64,000 nucleotides of DNA from Candidatus Kaelpia imicola (GTDB taxonomy: Bacteria > Omnitrophota > Gorgyraeia > Kaelpiales > Kaelpiaceae): assembly GCA_030765505.1 (NCBI GenBank), contig JAVCCL010000043.1, forward strand, positions 5,686 to 69,685, read 5' to 3'. Positions within the stretch are counted from its first letter, which is position 1. Each line of letters opens with the position of its first letter. Positions 36,685 to 47,218 of this stretch are shown piece after piece. Position numbers and translations under genes: made by a program. Below the pieces are notes generated by a model. That model was given only the letters and a program-made list of their open reading frames with translations, had not been told where the DNA came from and searched no databases.

Positions 36685-36757
36685 GAGCTGCCCGGGGTTC
36701 TAATATACAGCTAATATAATTTCCGCTTGACTATTAAGTTGATATAAAGTATATATT

Positions 36758-37867
36758 TTGGATATGCCACAAGTTAGACTAAGTAAAGTCAGTAAGGTCT
36801 ATTCAGGGGATATTGAGGCTGTAAATGAATTTTCTCTCAACATTGAGAGCGGAGAGTTTACTGTCTTTCTTGGTCCTTCCGGTTGCGGCAAATCCACCAC
36901 TCTTAGAATGATTGCCGGCTTAGAAGAGATTACAGAGGGTGAGATCTCTATCGGCGATAAGATAGTCAATGATATTCCGGCTAAGGATAGAGATATAGCT
37001 ATGGTCTTTCAGAATTATGCTCTCTATCCTCATATGACAGTATATGAGAATATGTCTTTTGGTCTAAGGTTAAGAAGCTACCCTAAAGATGAGATAGATA
37101 GAAGGGTAAATGAGGCGGCTGATATCTTAAGCATAAAGCACTTGCTTAAGAGGAGGCCTAAGGAGCTCTCCGGCGGAGAGAAACAGAGGGTTGCTGTTGG
37201 AAGAGCTATCGTGAGAAAGCCTCTGGTATTCCTGTTTGATGAGCCTTTGAGCAATCTTGATGCTAAGCTGCGCGGCCAGATGAGAACAGAGCTAAACAAA
37301 CTGCATAAGAAGCTGCAGTCTACAATGATATATGTTACCCATGATCAGGTGGAGGCTATGACGCTGGGGGAGAAGGTTGTTGTAATGAAAGACGGTTATA
37401 TCCAGCAGATTGCAGATCCGCATACTCTGTACAATAAGCCGGACAATAAGTTTGTTGCGGGCTTTATAGGTACCCCGCCGATGAACTTTATTGAGGGTAG
37501 AATAGTTGAATTTGATAGCCGGCTCTATTTTGATTCTGGTAACCTCCGGGTTAGAATAGTAGATGATATGTCATCCTATATTAAGGACTACTTGGATAGA
37601 GAGTTAATATTCGGTATCCGTCCGGAAGATATATATGATAAGCTTTTTGTATCTGAAGCACCGCCTGAAAATGTAGTACATGTCAATGTGGAGGTTGTTG
37701 AGCCTATGGGTTCTGAAGTCTACCTCTACCTCAATGCAGGAGGCGTCTCTTTTATTGCTAAGGTTGGAGGCCAGGAGCAGGCTCAGGCTGGACAAGATCT
37801 TGAAGTAGTCTTTGATATGGGCAAGATACATTTTTTTGACAGAGATACCGAGAAAACTATCGTTTAA
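36758..37867 (+). CDS. sugar-type ABC transporter ATP-binding protein (MalK/UgpC/MsiK-like), orphan with no adjacent permease
   Basis: Walker A FLGPSGCGKSTT, the signature LSGGEKQRVAVGRA, Walker B LFDEPLSNLD and a C-terminal TOBE-like regulatory domain are present. Confidence 0.85.
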   Translation: MDMPQVRLSKVSKVYSGDIEAVNEFSLNIESGEFTVFLGPSGCGKSTTLRMIAGLEEITEGEISIGDKIVNDIPAKDRDIAMVFQNYALYPHMTVYENMSFGLRLRSYPKDEIDRRVNEAADILSIKHLLKRRPKELSGGEKQRVAVGRAIVRKPLVFLFDEPLSNLDAKLRGQMRTELNKLHKKLQSTMIYVTHDQVEAMTLGEKVVVMKDGYIQQIADPHTLYNKPDNKFVAGFIGTPPMNFIEGRIVEFDSRLYFDSGNLRVRIVDDMSSYIKDYLDRELIFGIRPEDIYDKLFVSEAPPENVVHVNVEVVEPMGSEVYLYLNAGGVSFIAKVGGQEQAQAGQDLEVVFDMGKIHFFDRDTEKTIV

Positions 37868-37875
37868 TTTTTTAA

Positions 37876-39291
37876 ATGAATAACGGTATCGGTATAAAAA
37901 AGAATTTACTCCTTCTATCCATCTTTATCTCTCAGGTAGTTAGCTTTTCGTTCTTTCTCATATCTTTTCAGAATTTTAAGTTTCATTTTCCATTTCTTCT
38001 GCTTATTGTCTTTTCGGCTTCATTTCTTATCTTCTTCAAGATAGAGATAGGGCTTATCTTTTATCTTCTGGAGATGCTGCTTCTTACGGTATTCTTCTTT
38101 GCGGTCAAGTACCCTTCACCCTATATCCAGTATTTTTTGCTCTTCTTTTTAATCTTTGTTTTTAGGTTCAGCTATTTGAAAATAAAAGTCCAGAAGAAGC
38201 TAAATTCCATAAATCTTAGCCTGGAAGGGGTCGAGGAAGAGGTAAATGTAAACAACGCTCAATATTTGGAGCTTGTAAAGATAAATGAAGCGTTGGAGAG
38301 GAAGATATTTAGATTTACTCATTTGAGAACATTCTCCGAAGATATAATTGCAAATTTAGACCTTAAAGAATTATTGAACGTTATCTCTACTAAGGCTTTA
38401 GAGATAATCTCCAGGGGCGAGGTATCTATGATATACCTTTTTGACAGCAATAAGGATGTCTTCAATCTTGCAAGCTCCTGCATTCTCTCTTCTAGAGTTA
38501 AGATAAAAGCAAAGACTGGAGATCCTTGCGAGCATTGGATATTCAGACAGCGTACTCCGCTGCTTATAAACGATATTTTAAGAGATTTTAGATTTGATTC
38601 TGAAGAGGTGTTTTCCTACGGTAGAGAGTTTAGGTCTCTTCTGGCCTCTCCTATTATATCCAGAGATAAACTTCTGGGTATTTTAAGGATAGACTCCAAT
38701 GTCGCTGATGAATTTACGGTAGACGACCTGCGTCTCTTAGATATTATCTCTGCGTTATCAGCTATAGCCATAGATAATGCCCGCCTTTTTCAGAAGATGG
38801 AAGAGCTTGCGATCCAGGATAGTTTGACCAGTTTTTACCTTAGAAGGGAGTTTTTAAGATTACTTAGCAACAGATTAAAAAGAGGGTCACCGGTATATTT
38901 CGCCTTGCTGATGATAGATATTGATGATTTTAAAAATTGTAATGACAGCTATGGACATATAACCGGAGACCTTATCCTTAAAAACATCTCCCGGATTATT
39001 AAGTCTAGGTTGAAAAAAGATGAGTTTGCCTGCCGTTACGGAGGAGAAGAGTTTCTGATACTTTTAAATTCCGATGAGAAGGATAGCCTGATTCAAAGGG
39101 CAGAGAGCATACGGGAGAGTATTGAGAAGAGCAAGATAAAGATAAGGCGGCAGACTATAAATATAACAGTTACGATAGGGCTGGCTATATATCCTGAAGA
39201 GAAGAGAGAAGCTCAGTCTTTAATAGAGCTCTCCGATGCCAGGCTGTATGAAGGTAAGAGAAGCGGTAAGAACATAGTAATCTATGAGTGA
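37876..39291 (+). CDS. membrane-anchored diguanylate cyclase (TM, GAF-like, GGDEF with GGEEF)
   Basis: The N-terminal 110 aa contain TM helices. The DGC blocks are DIDDFKNCNDSYGHITGD and RYGGEEFLILL, and an RxxD-type I-site region follows the GGEEF motif. Confidence 0.8.
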   Translation: MNNGIGIKKNLLLLSIFISQVVSFSFFLISFQNFKFHFPFLLLIVFSASFLIFFKIEIGLIFYLLEMLLLTVFFFAVKYPSPYIQYFLLFFLIFVFRFSYLKIKVQKKLNSINLSLEGVEEEVNVNNAQYLELVKINEALERKIFRFTHLRTFSEDIIANLDLKELLNVISTKALEIISRGEVSMIYLFDSNKDVFNLASSCILSSRVKIKAKTGDPCEHWIFRQRTPLLINDILRDFRFDSEEVFSYGREFRSLLASPIISRDKLLGILRIDSNVADEFTVDDLRLLDIISALSAIAIDNARLFQKMEELAIQDSLTSFYLRREFLRLLSNRLKRGSPVYFALLMIDIDDFKNCNDSYGHITGDLILKNISRIIKSRLKKDEFACRYGGEEFLILLNSDEKDSLIQRAESIRESIEKSKIKIRRQTINITVTIGLAIYPEEKREAQSLIELSDARLYEGKRSGKNIVIYE

Positions 39292-40576
39292 GTCTCTTTT
39301 TCTACTAATTTTGGTTATTATCTTTGTAATCAAGAGAGATGTCAGATTTAAGATCATCTTTGCGGTTATCTCTTTCTTCTTAGTCTTATATCTTAAGAAG
39401 CTGGATATCATGACTTACCTGCCCTGGTTAGTTCTCTACCTCATGCTCTCTTTAATCGATTTTATTAACAGGGGTATAATTAAAGAAGAGTTTCAGAGCC
39501 TAAGCTCTGAACATAAAAATATGGAGCTGCAATTTACCAAGAGCGAAGATAAGTTGTCAGAGATGGATGGGGTTAACAAGCAGCTTCAGTCGGATGTTAC
39601 AAAGATAACAGGTTTTTTTGAAATAAGCAAAGAACTTACAAAGGTTATGTACCTTCAACAGCTGCCGCCTGTTATTACAAGTATCGTTAAGGGAAGTTTC
39701 GATATTAATTTTCTTGCCCTCTTAATATTTGAGGGGGAGAAGAGTTATAGTATCTTCATATATCCTAAGCGCAACAGTTGTGAGTTAAAAGAGAATATAA
39801 ATTATAAGGATATACTGGATTCTGAGAAGATATTGACTGAAGAAGAGCCTGGGTTCTATGATGGCGAGGATCTGAATCCCCTATTTACAAAATTGGGACA
39901 GAGCAATTTGGGTAATAAGATGTATCTTATCCCTATTATTTTAGAGGGTAAGATTAAAGGTATTCTGGTATTTGAAGATTTAGCAGAAGATAAGATTGAC
40001 CTTGCTCATACGCTCTCTGGTTTCCTCTCTCTTACTTTAAGAAAGCTCAAACTCTACAATAAAGTTCAGGAACTTGCTATTACAGATGAATTGACTCAAG
40101 TCTTTGTAAGAAAACATTTTCAGGATGTTTGCAGAGAAGAGCTGGATAGAATTAAAGAGAAAAAGGGAGATGCCTGTTTTCTGATGCTTGATCTGGATAG
40201 ATTTAAAAATTGTAATGATACCTTTGGTCATCTTGTCGGAGACGTAGTATTAAAAGAGACTGCAAAGATAGTTCAGCAGAATGTGCGTGAGATAGATATT
40301 GTAGGGAGGTATGGAGGTGAAGAGTTCTGCATCTTTTTGCCGGATACAAGTCTGGATAATGGTATGGAGGTATCGGAGCGTATAAGAAAAGCAGTTGAAA
40401 GATATACATTTCATGCTTATGATGAGGTTCTCAATATTACAGTATCGATAGGTCTCTCTTCTCTGGCCGAAGATGCTAAGAGTTATATAGGGTTGGTAGA
40501 GAAAGCCGATATGGCGCTCTACTATGCTAAGAGAAAGGGGAGGAACAAGGCGATAGCTTATAGTTTAATCAAATAG
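39284..40576 (+). CDS. membrane-anchored diguanylate cyclase (TM, GAF-like, GGDEF with GGEEF)
   Basis: LDLDRFKNCNDTFGHLVGD and RYGGEEFCIFL are present. It overlaps the upstream DGC by 8 nt. Confidence 0.8.
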   Translation: MSESLFLLILVIIFVIKRDVRFKIIFAVISFFLVLYLKKLDIMTYLPWLVLYLMLSLIDFINRGIIKEEFQSLSSEHKNMELQFTKSEDKLSEMDGVNKQLQSDVTKITGFFEISKELTKVMYLQQLPPVITSIVKGSFDINFLALLIFEGEKSYSIFIYPKRNSCELKENINYKDILDSEKILTEEEPGFYDGEDLNPLFTKLGQSNLGNKMYLIPIILEGKIKGILVFEDLAEDKIDLAHTLSGFLSLTLRKLKLYNKVQELAITDELTQVFVRKHFQDVCREELDRIKEKKGDACFLMLDLDRFKNCNDTFGHLVGDVVLKETAKIVQQNVREIDIVGRYGGEEFCIFLPDTSLDNGMEVSERIRKAVERYTFHAYDEVLNITVSIGLSSLAEDAKSYIGLVEKADMALYYAKRKGRNKAIAYSLIK

Positions 40577-40596
40577 ATCGAGTTATTTTAAAAATT

Positions 40597-41550
40597 ATGA
40601 AGAGTTCTTATATGGGAGTGGATATTGGCGGTACAAATTTAAAAATAGGGTTGTTTGACCCTGAATTGAAGTTTATAGATTTTAAGACTTACACTTTAAA
40701 TAAAGAGATAACTCCTCAAGATGTAATTTTAGTAATCAAAGATAGCTTTGAAATTTTGTCAAAGAAGTATCACATCAAATCTATAACCTGTGGATTACCT
40801 GGACTTATAAACTACGAAGAGGGTTATATCTACTCTCTTACTAACTTTCTCAACTGGGATGATGTTGATTTTAAAAAGCTCTTAAGAGCCGCTGTCAATA
40901 TTCCTGTTTTCATTGATAATGATGTTAATCTGGCTGCTCTTGCGGAGTATCAGCTTGGTTCTGGCAAAGGCTGCAGCAGCATGCTGATGGTTGCTTTAGG
41001 TACAGGTGTCGGCGGAGGTTTAATATTGAATAGAGAGGTATATCGAGGGTGCAACAATGCTGCCGCTGAGATTGGCCATATTCAGCTGAATCCCAATGGC
41101 CCCAAGTGCAGTTGCGGCAACAGAGGTTGTTTAGAGAGTTATATCGGCAATAGAAAGCTGCTTGGTTATCTTAAGAGGCGGCTTAAGGATAGCGAGAGTC
41201 TTTTAAACAAGATAGATTTTGCTGAGTTAAAACTTGAAGATGCTGCTCATGCTGCTCTTTCAGGGGATAGATTCTCAGTAGAATTTTGGGACTATGCGGC
41301 CTCTAAATTGGCCCAGGCTTTAGTTGGGGTTGTCAATGTTTTGAATCTGGAGAAGATTGTAATCGGAGGTGGAATCTCCAATGCAGGAGAGAGCCTCTTT
41401 AAACCTTTGAGATGTTATCTTAAAGAGCAAGCTATGGACATTCAGGCAAAGAGTGTTAGTATAGTTAGAGCCCGTTTTAAAGATAGGTCCGGGGTTATAG
41501 GGGCAGGGCTCTTAGGAAGATGTAATTTAAAAGAGAGGAGATCGAAATGA
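40597..41550 (+). CDS. ROK-family glucokinase
   Basis: [14 protein letters not shown] is the ATP-binding motif and [10 protein letters not shown] the ROK zinc motif. Confidence 0.8.
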   Translation: MKSSYMGVDIGGTNLKIGLFDPELKFIDFKTYTLNKEITPQDVILVIKDSFEILSKKYHIKSITCGLPGLINYEEGYIYSLTNFLNWDDVDFKKLLRAAVNIPVFIDNDVNLAALAEYQLGSGKGCSSMLMVALGTGVGGGLILNREVYRGCNNAAAEIGHIQLNPNGPKCSCGNRGCLESYIGNRKLLGYLKRRLKDSESLLNKIDFAELKLEDAAHAALSGDRFSVEFWDYAASKLAQALVGVVNVLNLEKIVIGGGISNAGESLFKPLRCYLKEQAMDIQAKSVSIVRARFKDRSGVIGAGLLGRCNLKERRSK

Positions 41551-42200
41551 AGTTTTTTCTGGATACCGCGAATGTAGATGAGATCAGAGAGGCTAATAGC
41601 TGGGGGGTGTTGGATGGGGTGACTACCAATCCTACGTTGGTTTCAAAAGAGGAGAGTTCTTTTAATGAGATTGCAAAAGAGATTGTAGGGATTGTATCCG
41701 GGCCTGTCTCTCTTGAGGTTATAGCCGAGGACTCCGGAGGTATGGTCGAGGAGGCTAGAGAGCTTAATCAGTATGGTAAAAATGTTGTTGTAAAAGTTCC
41801 CCTTACAAAAGAGGGTTTGAAAACTGTAAAGATATTGAATACTGAAGGTATCAGGACTAACGTTACGCTCTGTTTCTCTCCTGCTCAAGCATTGCTTGCT
41901 GCTAAAGCCGGGGCCAGCTATATCAGTCCTTTTATAGGCAGGCTTGATGATATAAGTTTCCATGGTATCCATCTGGTTGAAGCCATAAAAGATATATATG
42001 ACAATTACGGTTTCAATACCGAGATTATCGTAGCGAGTGTGAGACATCCGCTGCATGTTGTAGAGGCTGCTTTAATAGGTGCTGACATTGCAGCCTTACC
42101 TTTTGGCGTTTTAAGTAAACTCTTCAATCATCCTCTTACCGATATCGGTATAGAGCGGTTCTTGAAGGATTGGGAGAAGGTTAAGAAGGTTAAAGTCTAA
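41547..42200 (+). CDS. transaldolase (short Tal/FSA subfamily)
   Basis: [31 protein letters not shown] is present with its catalytic Lys block, and the length (217 aa) fits. Confidence 0.85.
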   Translation: MKFFLDTANVDEIREANSWGVLDGVTTNPTLVSKEESSFNEIAKEIVGIVSGPVSLEVIAEDSGGMVEEARELNQYGKNVVVKVPLTKEGLKTVKILNTEGIRTNVTLCFSPAQALLAAKAGASYISPFIGRLDDISFHGIHLVEAIKDIYDNYGFNTEIIVASVRHPLHVVEAALIGADIAALPFGVLSKLFNHPLTDIGIERFLKDWEKVKKVKV

Positions 42201-42223
42201 GTTTTTAAATTATAGAGATATTT

Positions 42224-44314
42224 ATGTTTTTAAAATCAGAAAGAGTAATTTCAAAACATATTAACGTTATAGCCATCCCCCTTTTGTCTCTATTATTCTT
42301 AGCAAGAATTGGCTTGGCTGATGAGGTTGAGCTGAAGAGTCCGATAACGGTTAATGGCGATAGGGTTGAGTATGACCCCGAGAGACAGGTTATGGTAGGA
42401 GAGGGTAATGTAGAGGTAATATCCAAAGGGATGAAGCTCTATGCAGATAAGATAACTGTCTGGCTTGATGAAGAGAGAGCTCTGGCTCAAGGGGATGTAA
42501 AATTTGTAAAAGGTAATGCGGTTTTTTACGCCGAGGAGATAAGCTATTCTTTCAAAGATAACGAAGGTAAGATTATAGAGCCGACTTTTAAAGATTACGG
42601 GCCTTGGTACGGCAAGGGTCTAGAAGCTCTGGAGTATGAGGAGTCTAAATATCTTATCAAACGCGCCTATATGACAACCTGTGATTTAGAGAACCCCCAT
42701 TACAGGTTAGAAGCAAAGACGATTAAAATATTTCCTGAAGATAGGATTATTGCAAAACATGTTGTATTCTATATCCGTAATGCCCCTATATTTTATCTGC
42801 CCTATTTCAAGCAGTCTTTAAAAGACAGAAAGGCTCCTTTTATGATTATACCGGGAAAGAGTGATAAATGGGGCTGGTATATCTTAAGCTCATATAGGTA
42901 CTCTCTTAATGAGAAGAACGAAGGCCGTATAAGACTGGATTACCGGGAGAAAAAAGGTATTGCCCACGGCCTGGAGCATCAGTATAAGAGCGCTGTTGGA
43001 GAGGGTGTTGTTAAATATTACTATATGAACGAAAAAGAGTCTGCTTATCAAGACAATGACAGGTTTAGAGTGAGCCTTAGGCATAGCTGGAACCCGGATG
43101 ATAAGACCTCAATATATGCAGAGTATAATAAGATCAGCGATATAGACTTTCTGAAAGACTATTTTGAAAGAGAGTATGACGAGGATTCAGATCCAGAGAC
43201 CTATCTCTATATGACAAGAAGATATTCTAATGCTATCCTCAGTCTAAACATAAAAAAACGGGCAAATCATTTTTTTACCGAAGTTGAGAGACTTCCTGAA
43301 CTGGGGATTGATATCAACGATCTCAGAATCAAGAAGACAAACTATTACTATAGCTCCAATACCTATTTCTCTAATCTGACAAAAAAATATGCTGACTCAG
43401 ATACTGATTATGACGTCTGGAGATTTGATACCTATAATGAGTTGAGTCATGTGAAGAAATATTTCGGTTTTCTTAACTTCAGTCCTTATCTGGGTGTGAG
43501 AGAGACATTCTATTCTAAAAAGATTAGCGGTAAAGAACATATTTTAAGAGGAAATCTCTATACCGGATTCGATAGTTCGACAAGGTTCTATAAAGTTTTC
43601 AACCCTGCTTCCGGTAATTTTCTTTTTACTCAAGCCAATGCCGTAAGACATATTATTACACCGATATTTAATTACGAGTATATAGCTGAGCCTACAATAT
43701 CCAAGGTAGACCTGATGCAGTTTGATGAGTTGGATGAGATAGAGAGAAAGAGCAGAATAACCTTAACTCTAGAGAATCTTTGGCAGATAAAATCAGAAGT
43801 TAATGGAGATGTTAAAAAGAGAGATCTCCTCCAGGCCGATATCTCAGCCTATTATGATTGCTCTATTGATGGAGGAAGCAGGTGGGGTGAAGCTGAATTA
43901 GAGTTGGATTACAGGCCCAGAGATTGGTTCCGTTTCGAGAATGATTATAGTTACGATATCAAGCCAGGCAGGTTAAATACTGCCAGTTTTGATATGGTTA
44001 TAGATAAAGATAGGTGGCAGTTATCTTTAGGAGAGAGATATGAAAGAGATAGTTCAGCTCAGCTTACAACGGAGTTTAGTTATAGAATAAACGAAAAGTG
44101 GAGGTTTAAGGTATATCAGAGGTATGAATTCCAGAACTCCTCTTTTGAGCGTCAGGAATTTGCGATATACAGGGATCTTCATTGCTGGGACGGAAAGCTT
44201 TCTTTTATAAATAACAGACTGGATAACGACAAGACAATATTTGTGATATTTACCTGCAAGGCTTTTCCTGAACATCCTTTTAGCTTTTCGCAGTCTTATA
44301 GCGCTGGAGACTAA
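42224..44314 (+). CDS. lptD: LPS-assembly outer-membrane protein LptD
   Basis: It has a signal peptide, an N-terminal OstA-like beta-jellyroll (GDRVEYDPERQVMVGEGNVEV...ITVWLDEERALAQGDVKF) and a large C-terminal beta-barrel. Confidence 0.75.
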   Translation: MFLKSERVISKHINVIAIPLLSLLFLARIGLADEVELKSPITVNGDRVEYDPERQVMVGEGNVEVISKGMKLYADKITVWLDEERALAQGDVKFVKGNAVFYAEEISYSFKDNEGKIIEPTFKDYGPWYGKGLEALEYEESKYLIKRAYMTTCDLENPHYRLEAKTIKIFPEDRIIAKHVVFYIRNAPIFYLPYFKQSLKDRKAPFMIIPGKSDKWGWYILSSYRYSLNEKNEGRIRLDYREKKGIAHGLEHQYKSAVGEGVVKYYYMNEKESAYQDNDRFRVSLRHSWNPDDKTSIYAEYNKISDIDFLKDYFEREYDEDSDPETYLYMTRRYSNAILSLNIKKRANHFFTEVERLPELGIDINDLRIKKTNYYYSSNTYFSNLTKKYADSDTDYDVWRFDTYNELSHVKKYFGFLNFSPYLGVRETFYSKKISGKEHILRGNLYTGFDSSTRFYKVFNPASGNFLFTQANAVRHIITPIFNYEYIAEPTISKVDLMQFDELDEIERKSRITLTLENLWQIKSEVNGDVKKRDLLQADISAYYDCSIDGGSRWGEAELELDYRPRDWFRFENDYSYDIKPGRLNTASFDMVIDKDRWQLSLGERYERDSSAQLTTEFSYRINEKWRFKVYQRYEFQNSSFERQEFAIYRDLHCWDGKLSFINNRLDNDKTIFVIFTCKAFPEHPFSFSQSYSAGD

Positions 44315-44364
44315 TTCAGCACTTATTTTTATAGAGGTTAAAATTCATAAAATCAGGCATTGCT

Positions 44365-44559
44365 ATGGAATGTAAAAAAGACAAAAATATGAAATTCTGT
44401 AATTGCAGTTATTCCGGCTGCAGTAAGAGAGGTATCTGCTGTGAGTGTATAAAGTATCATAAGGATAGAGGGGAGCTTCCAGCCTGTTATTTCAGCAGCA
44501 GGGAAGAGAAAACATATGATAGGTCTATTGAGAACTTTATCCGTAGTTACAGATCTTAG
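44365..44559 (+). CDS. small cysteine-rich protein (8 Cys in 40 aa), function unknown
   Basis: [34 protein letters not shown] cannot assign a family from memory. Confidence 0.4.
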   Translation: MECKKDKNMKFCNCSYSGCSKRGICCECIKYHKDRGELPACYFSSREEKTYDRSIENFIRSYRS

Positions 44560-44582
44560 ATATATTATTTAAGGATTTTAAT

Positions 44583-44990
44583 ATGAGAGAGCTTATAGAG
44601 ATGGATTTGGTTAGGATCAGGATAGATGAGCGCCGCGGAGAGCAGGTGATAGTCTTGAAAGAGAAAGATGGCGAGAGACTGCTTCCAATTGTAATAGGTA
44701 TAATAGAGGCTAGTGCCATAAAGATGAAGGTGAGCGGATTTAACCCGCCTCGCCCGCTTACCCACGATCTTTTAAACGATATCATAAAACGGCTTAAAGG
44801 AAGACTGGATAAGATAGTAATAGAGAGGCTCGAGAACAACATATTCTATGCCAGGATTATCATAGAGCGTGAGGATGGTGAAAAAATAGAGATAGATGCC
44901 AGGCCTTCCGACTCAATAGCTTTGGCTCTTAGGGCTGAGGTCCCGATATTCGCTGGAGATGCTCTTCTAAAACAGGTAGAGAGAAAGTAG
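44583..44990 (+). CDS. bifunctional nuclease family protein (DUF151/BFN)
   Basis: LVRIRIDERRGEQVIVLKEKDGERLLPIVIGIIEASAI is the characteristic BFN N-terminal block. Confidence 0.65.
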   Translation: MRELIEMDLVRIRIDERRGEQVIVLKEKDGERLLPIVIGIIEASAIKMKVSGFNPPRPLTHDLLNDIIKRLKGRLDKIVIERLENNIFYARIIIEREDGEKIEIDARPSDSIALALRAEVPIFAGDALLKQVERK

Positions 44991-44991
44991 T

Positions 44992-45726
44992 ATGGCAGAA
45001 TTTAAACTAAAAGTTAAATTACTATCTCAGACACCGGAGGCGCTTAAAGTTATCTATTCAGCTGCCCGTCAATGCTATAGCAGCAACACTGCGGGGGATA
45101 TCTTTAATGGGGTTGAGGATGATGATGAGATTAAAGGTTTTATTGAAAACATCTTAGCCTCAGGTCATGAGAGTCCTTTGGAGCATGCAAGCTTTACTTT
45201 TACGATAGATGGTATCTCCCGGGTATGTTCTCACCAGCTTGTAAGGCATAGAATTGCCTCTTTCTCTCAGCAGAGTCAGCGTTATGTAAGAGAGCAGGAT
45301 TTTGATTATATAGTACCTGACTCTATAAAGAGTGATCCTGAGATTAAAAAGATATTTGAAGATCTGTTATCCGGTATTCAGAGTTCTTATAATAAGATGT
45401 TGGATTTTTTAAAGGAGAAGGGTATCCCGGGTGAGAAGGCTAATCAGGATGTAAGGTTTGTTCTTCCCGGAGCTTGCGAGAAAAAGATAGCGATGACGAT
45501 GAACTTAAGAGAGTTGATGCATTTCTTTAAGCTCAGACTCTGCAGCCGGGCTCAATGGGAGATCAGGGCTCTTGCTCAAGAGATGCTTAAGATATGTAAG
45601 AGTAGTCTGCCTATACTATTTGAGAATGTTGATGCTAAATGTGTCTCATTGGGATATTGCCCTGAGAGTGAAAAGTTTCCCTGCGGCCGCTATTTAACGA
45701 AGGATAATCTCTTAAACGATTCTTAA
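44992..45726 (+). CDS. thyX: FAD-dependent thymidylate synthase
   Basis: The ThyX signature RHRIASFSQQSQRY (RHRxxSxxxxSxRY) is present. Confidence 0.9.
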   Translation: MAEFKLKVKLLSQTPEALKVIYSAARQCYSSNTAGDIFNGVEDDDEIKGFIENILASGHESPLEHASFTFTIDGISRVCSHQLVRHRIASFSQQSQRYVREQDFDYIVPDSIKSDPEIKKIFEDLLSGIQSSYNKMLDFLKEKGIPGEKANQDVRFVLPGACEKKIAMTMNLRELMHFFKLRLCSRAQWEIRALAQEMLKICKSSLPILFENVDAKCVSLGYCPESEKFPCGRYLTKDNLLNDS

Positions 45727-45749
45727 TCAAAAAAGGGGAGGGTCAAGAG

Positions 45750-46223
45750 ATGGCAAAAGCTTTAGTTCTCTATTATTCTAAGACAGGCAATACAGAGAAG
45801 ATGGCCAAATTAATTACAGCGGAGTTATCCATGAGCATAGATTGTGATTTAAAATCTGCTCTGGATATAGGAGTGGATGAGTTTTTAAAGTACGATGCTA
45901 TCATTGTGGGCTCTCCGACCTACTATGGTTCTATGGCAGCGGAACTAAAGCAGCTTTTTGACCAGAGTGTAAAGTTTCACGGTCAGCTGGACGGTAAGAT
46001 AGGAGCCGCATTCTCTTCAGCCGCAAATATAGCAGGGGGCAATGAGACCACGGTTTTGGATATTATAAATGCGATGCTTATTCACGGTATGATAGTTCAG
46101 GGCAATCCTAAAGGTGACCATTACGGTGCGGTGAGCATTGGTTCTCCGGATAAGAGAGTTGAGGATAATTGCATAAGGTTTGCCTCTAGGATAGTTAAGC
46201 TGATAAATAGAGTAAGCCGGTAG
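45750..46223 (+). CDS. flavodoxin-fold FMN protein (WrbA/flavodoxin-like)
   Basis: LVLYYSKTGNTEKMA (FMN phosphate loop) and IIVGSPTYYGSMAAELKQLFD are present. Confidence 0.6.
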   Translation: MAKALVLYYSKTGNTEKMAKLITAELSMSIDCDLKSALDIGVDEFLKYDAIIVGSPTYYGSMAAELKQLFDQSVKFHGQLDGKIGAAFSSAANIAGGNETTVLDIINAMLIHGMIVQGNPKGDHYGAVSIGSPDKRVEDNCIRFASRIVKLINRVSR

Positions 46224-47210
46224 ATGAGAGAGAGAATAATTATAACAGGCGGCTGCGGTTTTATCGGTAGCGGAATAGTTTGGGCCTTAAACAGAAAAGG
46301 GTTAGAAAATATTATTGTCGTAGATGAGTTAGGAGAGAATGAGAAGCAGAAGAATATAGCCAATTTAAAATTCAATGAATTGATTGATAAGAACGATTTT
46401 CTATCTGGAATCTTGGATGGTAGTTTTAATTCCAGCAGTATAGATACTATATTCCATCTCGGCGCCTGCAGCTCTACAATAGAGAGAGACTTGGGTTATT
46501 TAATTGAGAACAATTATAACTATAGTAGGCATTTGGCAAGGTTTGCTCTTAAGAACGATATTAGGTTTATATATGCATCATCCGCAGCTACCTACGGTAG
46601 CGGCTCTTTAGGTTTTAGTGATAGCGGAGAAGAGCTGTTTAATCTTAAGCCGTTAAACTACTATGGATATTCTAAACAGTGGTTTGATATCTGGGCAAGA
46701 CATAACAAGGTTTTAGGGAAGATGGCAGGGCTTAAATATTTTAATGTCTATGGCCCCAACGAATATCATAAGGGCCAGATGAGAAGTTTTATCGTCAAGG
46801 CCTATGAACAGATTAAAGAGAGAGGAGAGGTGAGGTTATTTAAATCCTATAGGGACGGAATTATAGACGGTGAGCAGATGAGAGATTTTATTTATCTGAA
46901 AGATGCGGTCAAGATGAGTCTTCTCTTCTTTGAAAATAGAGATTTGGGTGGAATTTATAATATCGGTACAGGAGAGGCGCACTCTTTCAATCAGCTTGCT
47001 GAAGCGGTCTTTGGGGCTTTAGGCTTGGAGCCTGACATAGAGTATATCGATATGCCTCAGGAGCTAAAAGAGCAGTACCAGTACTTTACTCAGGCTGATA
47101 TTTCAAAGATTAACAATGCCGGCTATAACTGGAAATGCTATGACTTTAATCTAGCCGTATCGGATTATGTTAAAAATTATCTAGAACCAAAAGCCTATCT
47201 CAGTATTTAA
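46224..47210 (+). CDS. hldD: ADP-L-glycero-D-manno-heptose 6-epimerase
   Basis: The NAD Rossmann motif ITGGCGFIGS and the catalytic YGYSK are present. The 328-aa length fits. Confidence 0.8.
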   Translation: MRERIIITGGCGFIGSGIVWALNRKGLENIIVVDELGENEKQKNIANLKFNELIDKNDFLSGILDGSFNSSSIDTIFHLGACSSTIERDLGYLIENNYNYSRHLARFALKNDIRFIYASSAATYGSGSLGFSDSGEELFNLKPLNYYGYSKQWFDIWARHNKVLGKMAGLKYFNVYGPNEYHKGQMRSFIVKAYEQIKERGEVRLFKSYRDGIIDGEQMRDFIYLKDAVKMSLLFFENRDLGGIYNIGTGEAHSFNQLAEAVFGALGLEPDIEYIDMPQELKEQYQYFTQADISKINNAGYNWKCYDFNLAVSDYVKNYLEPKAYLSI

Positions 47211-47218
47211 CTTTTCTC

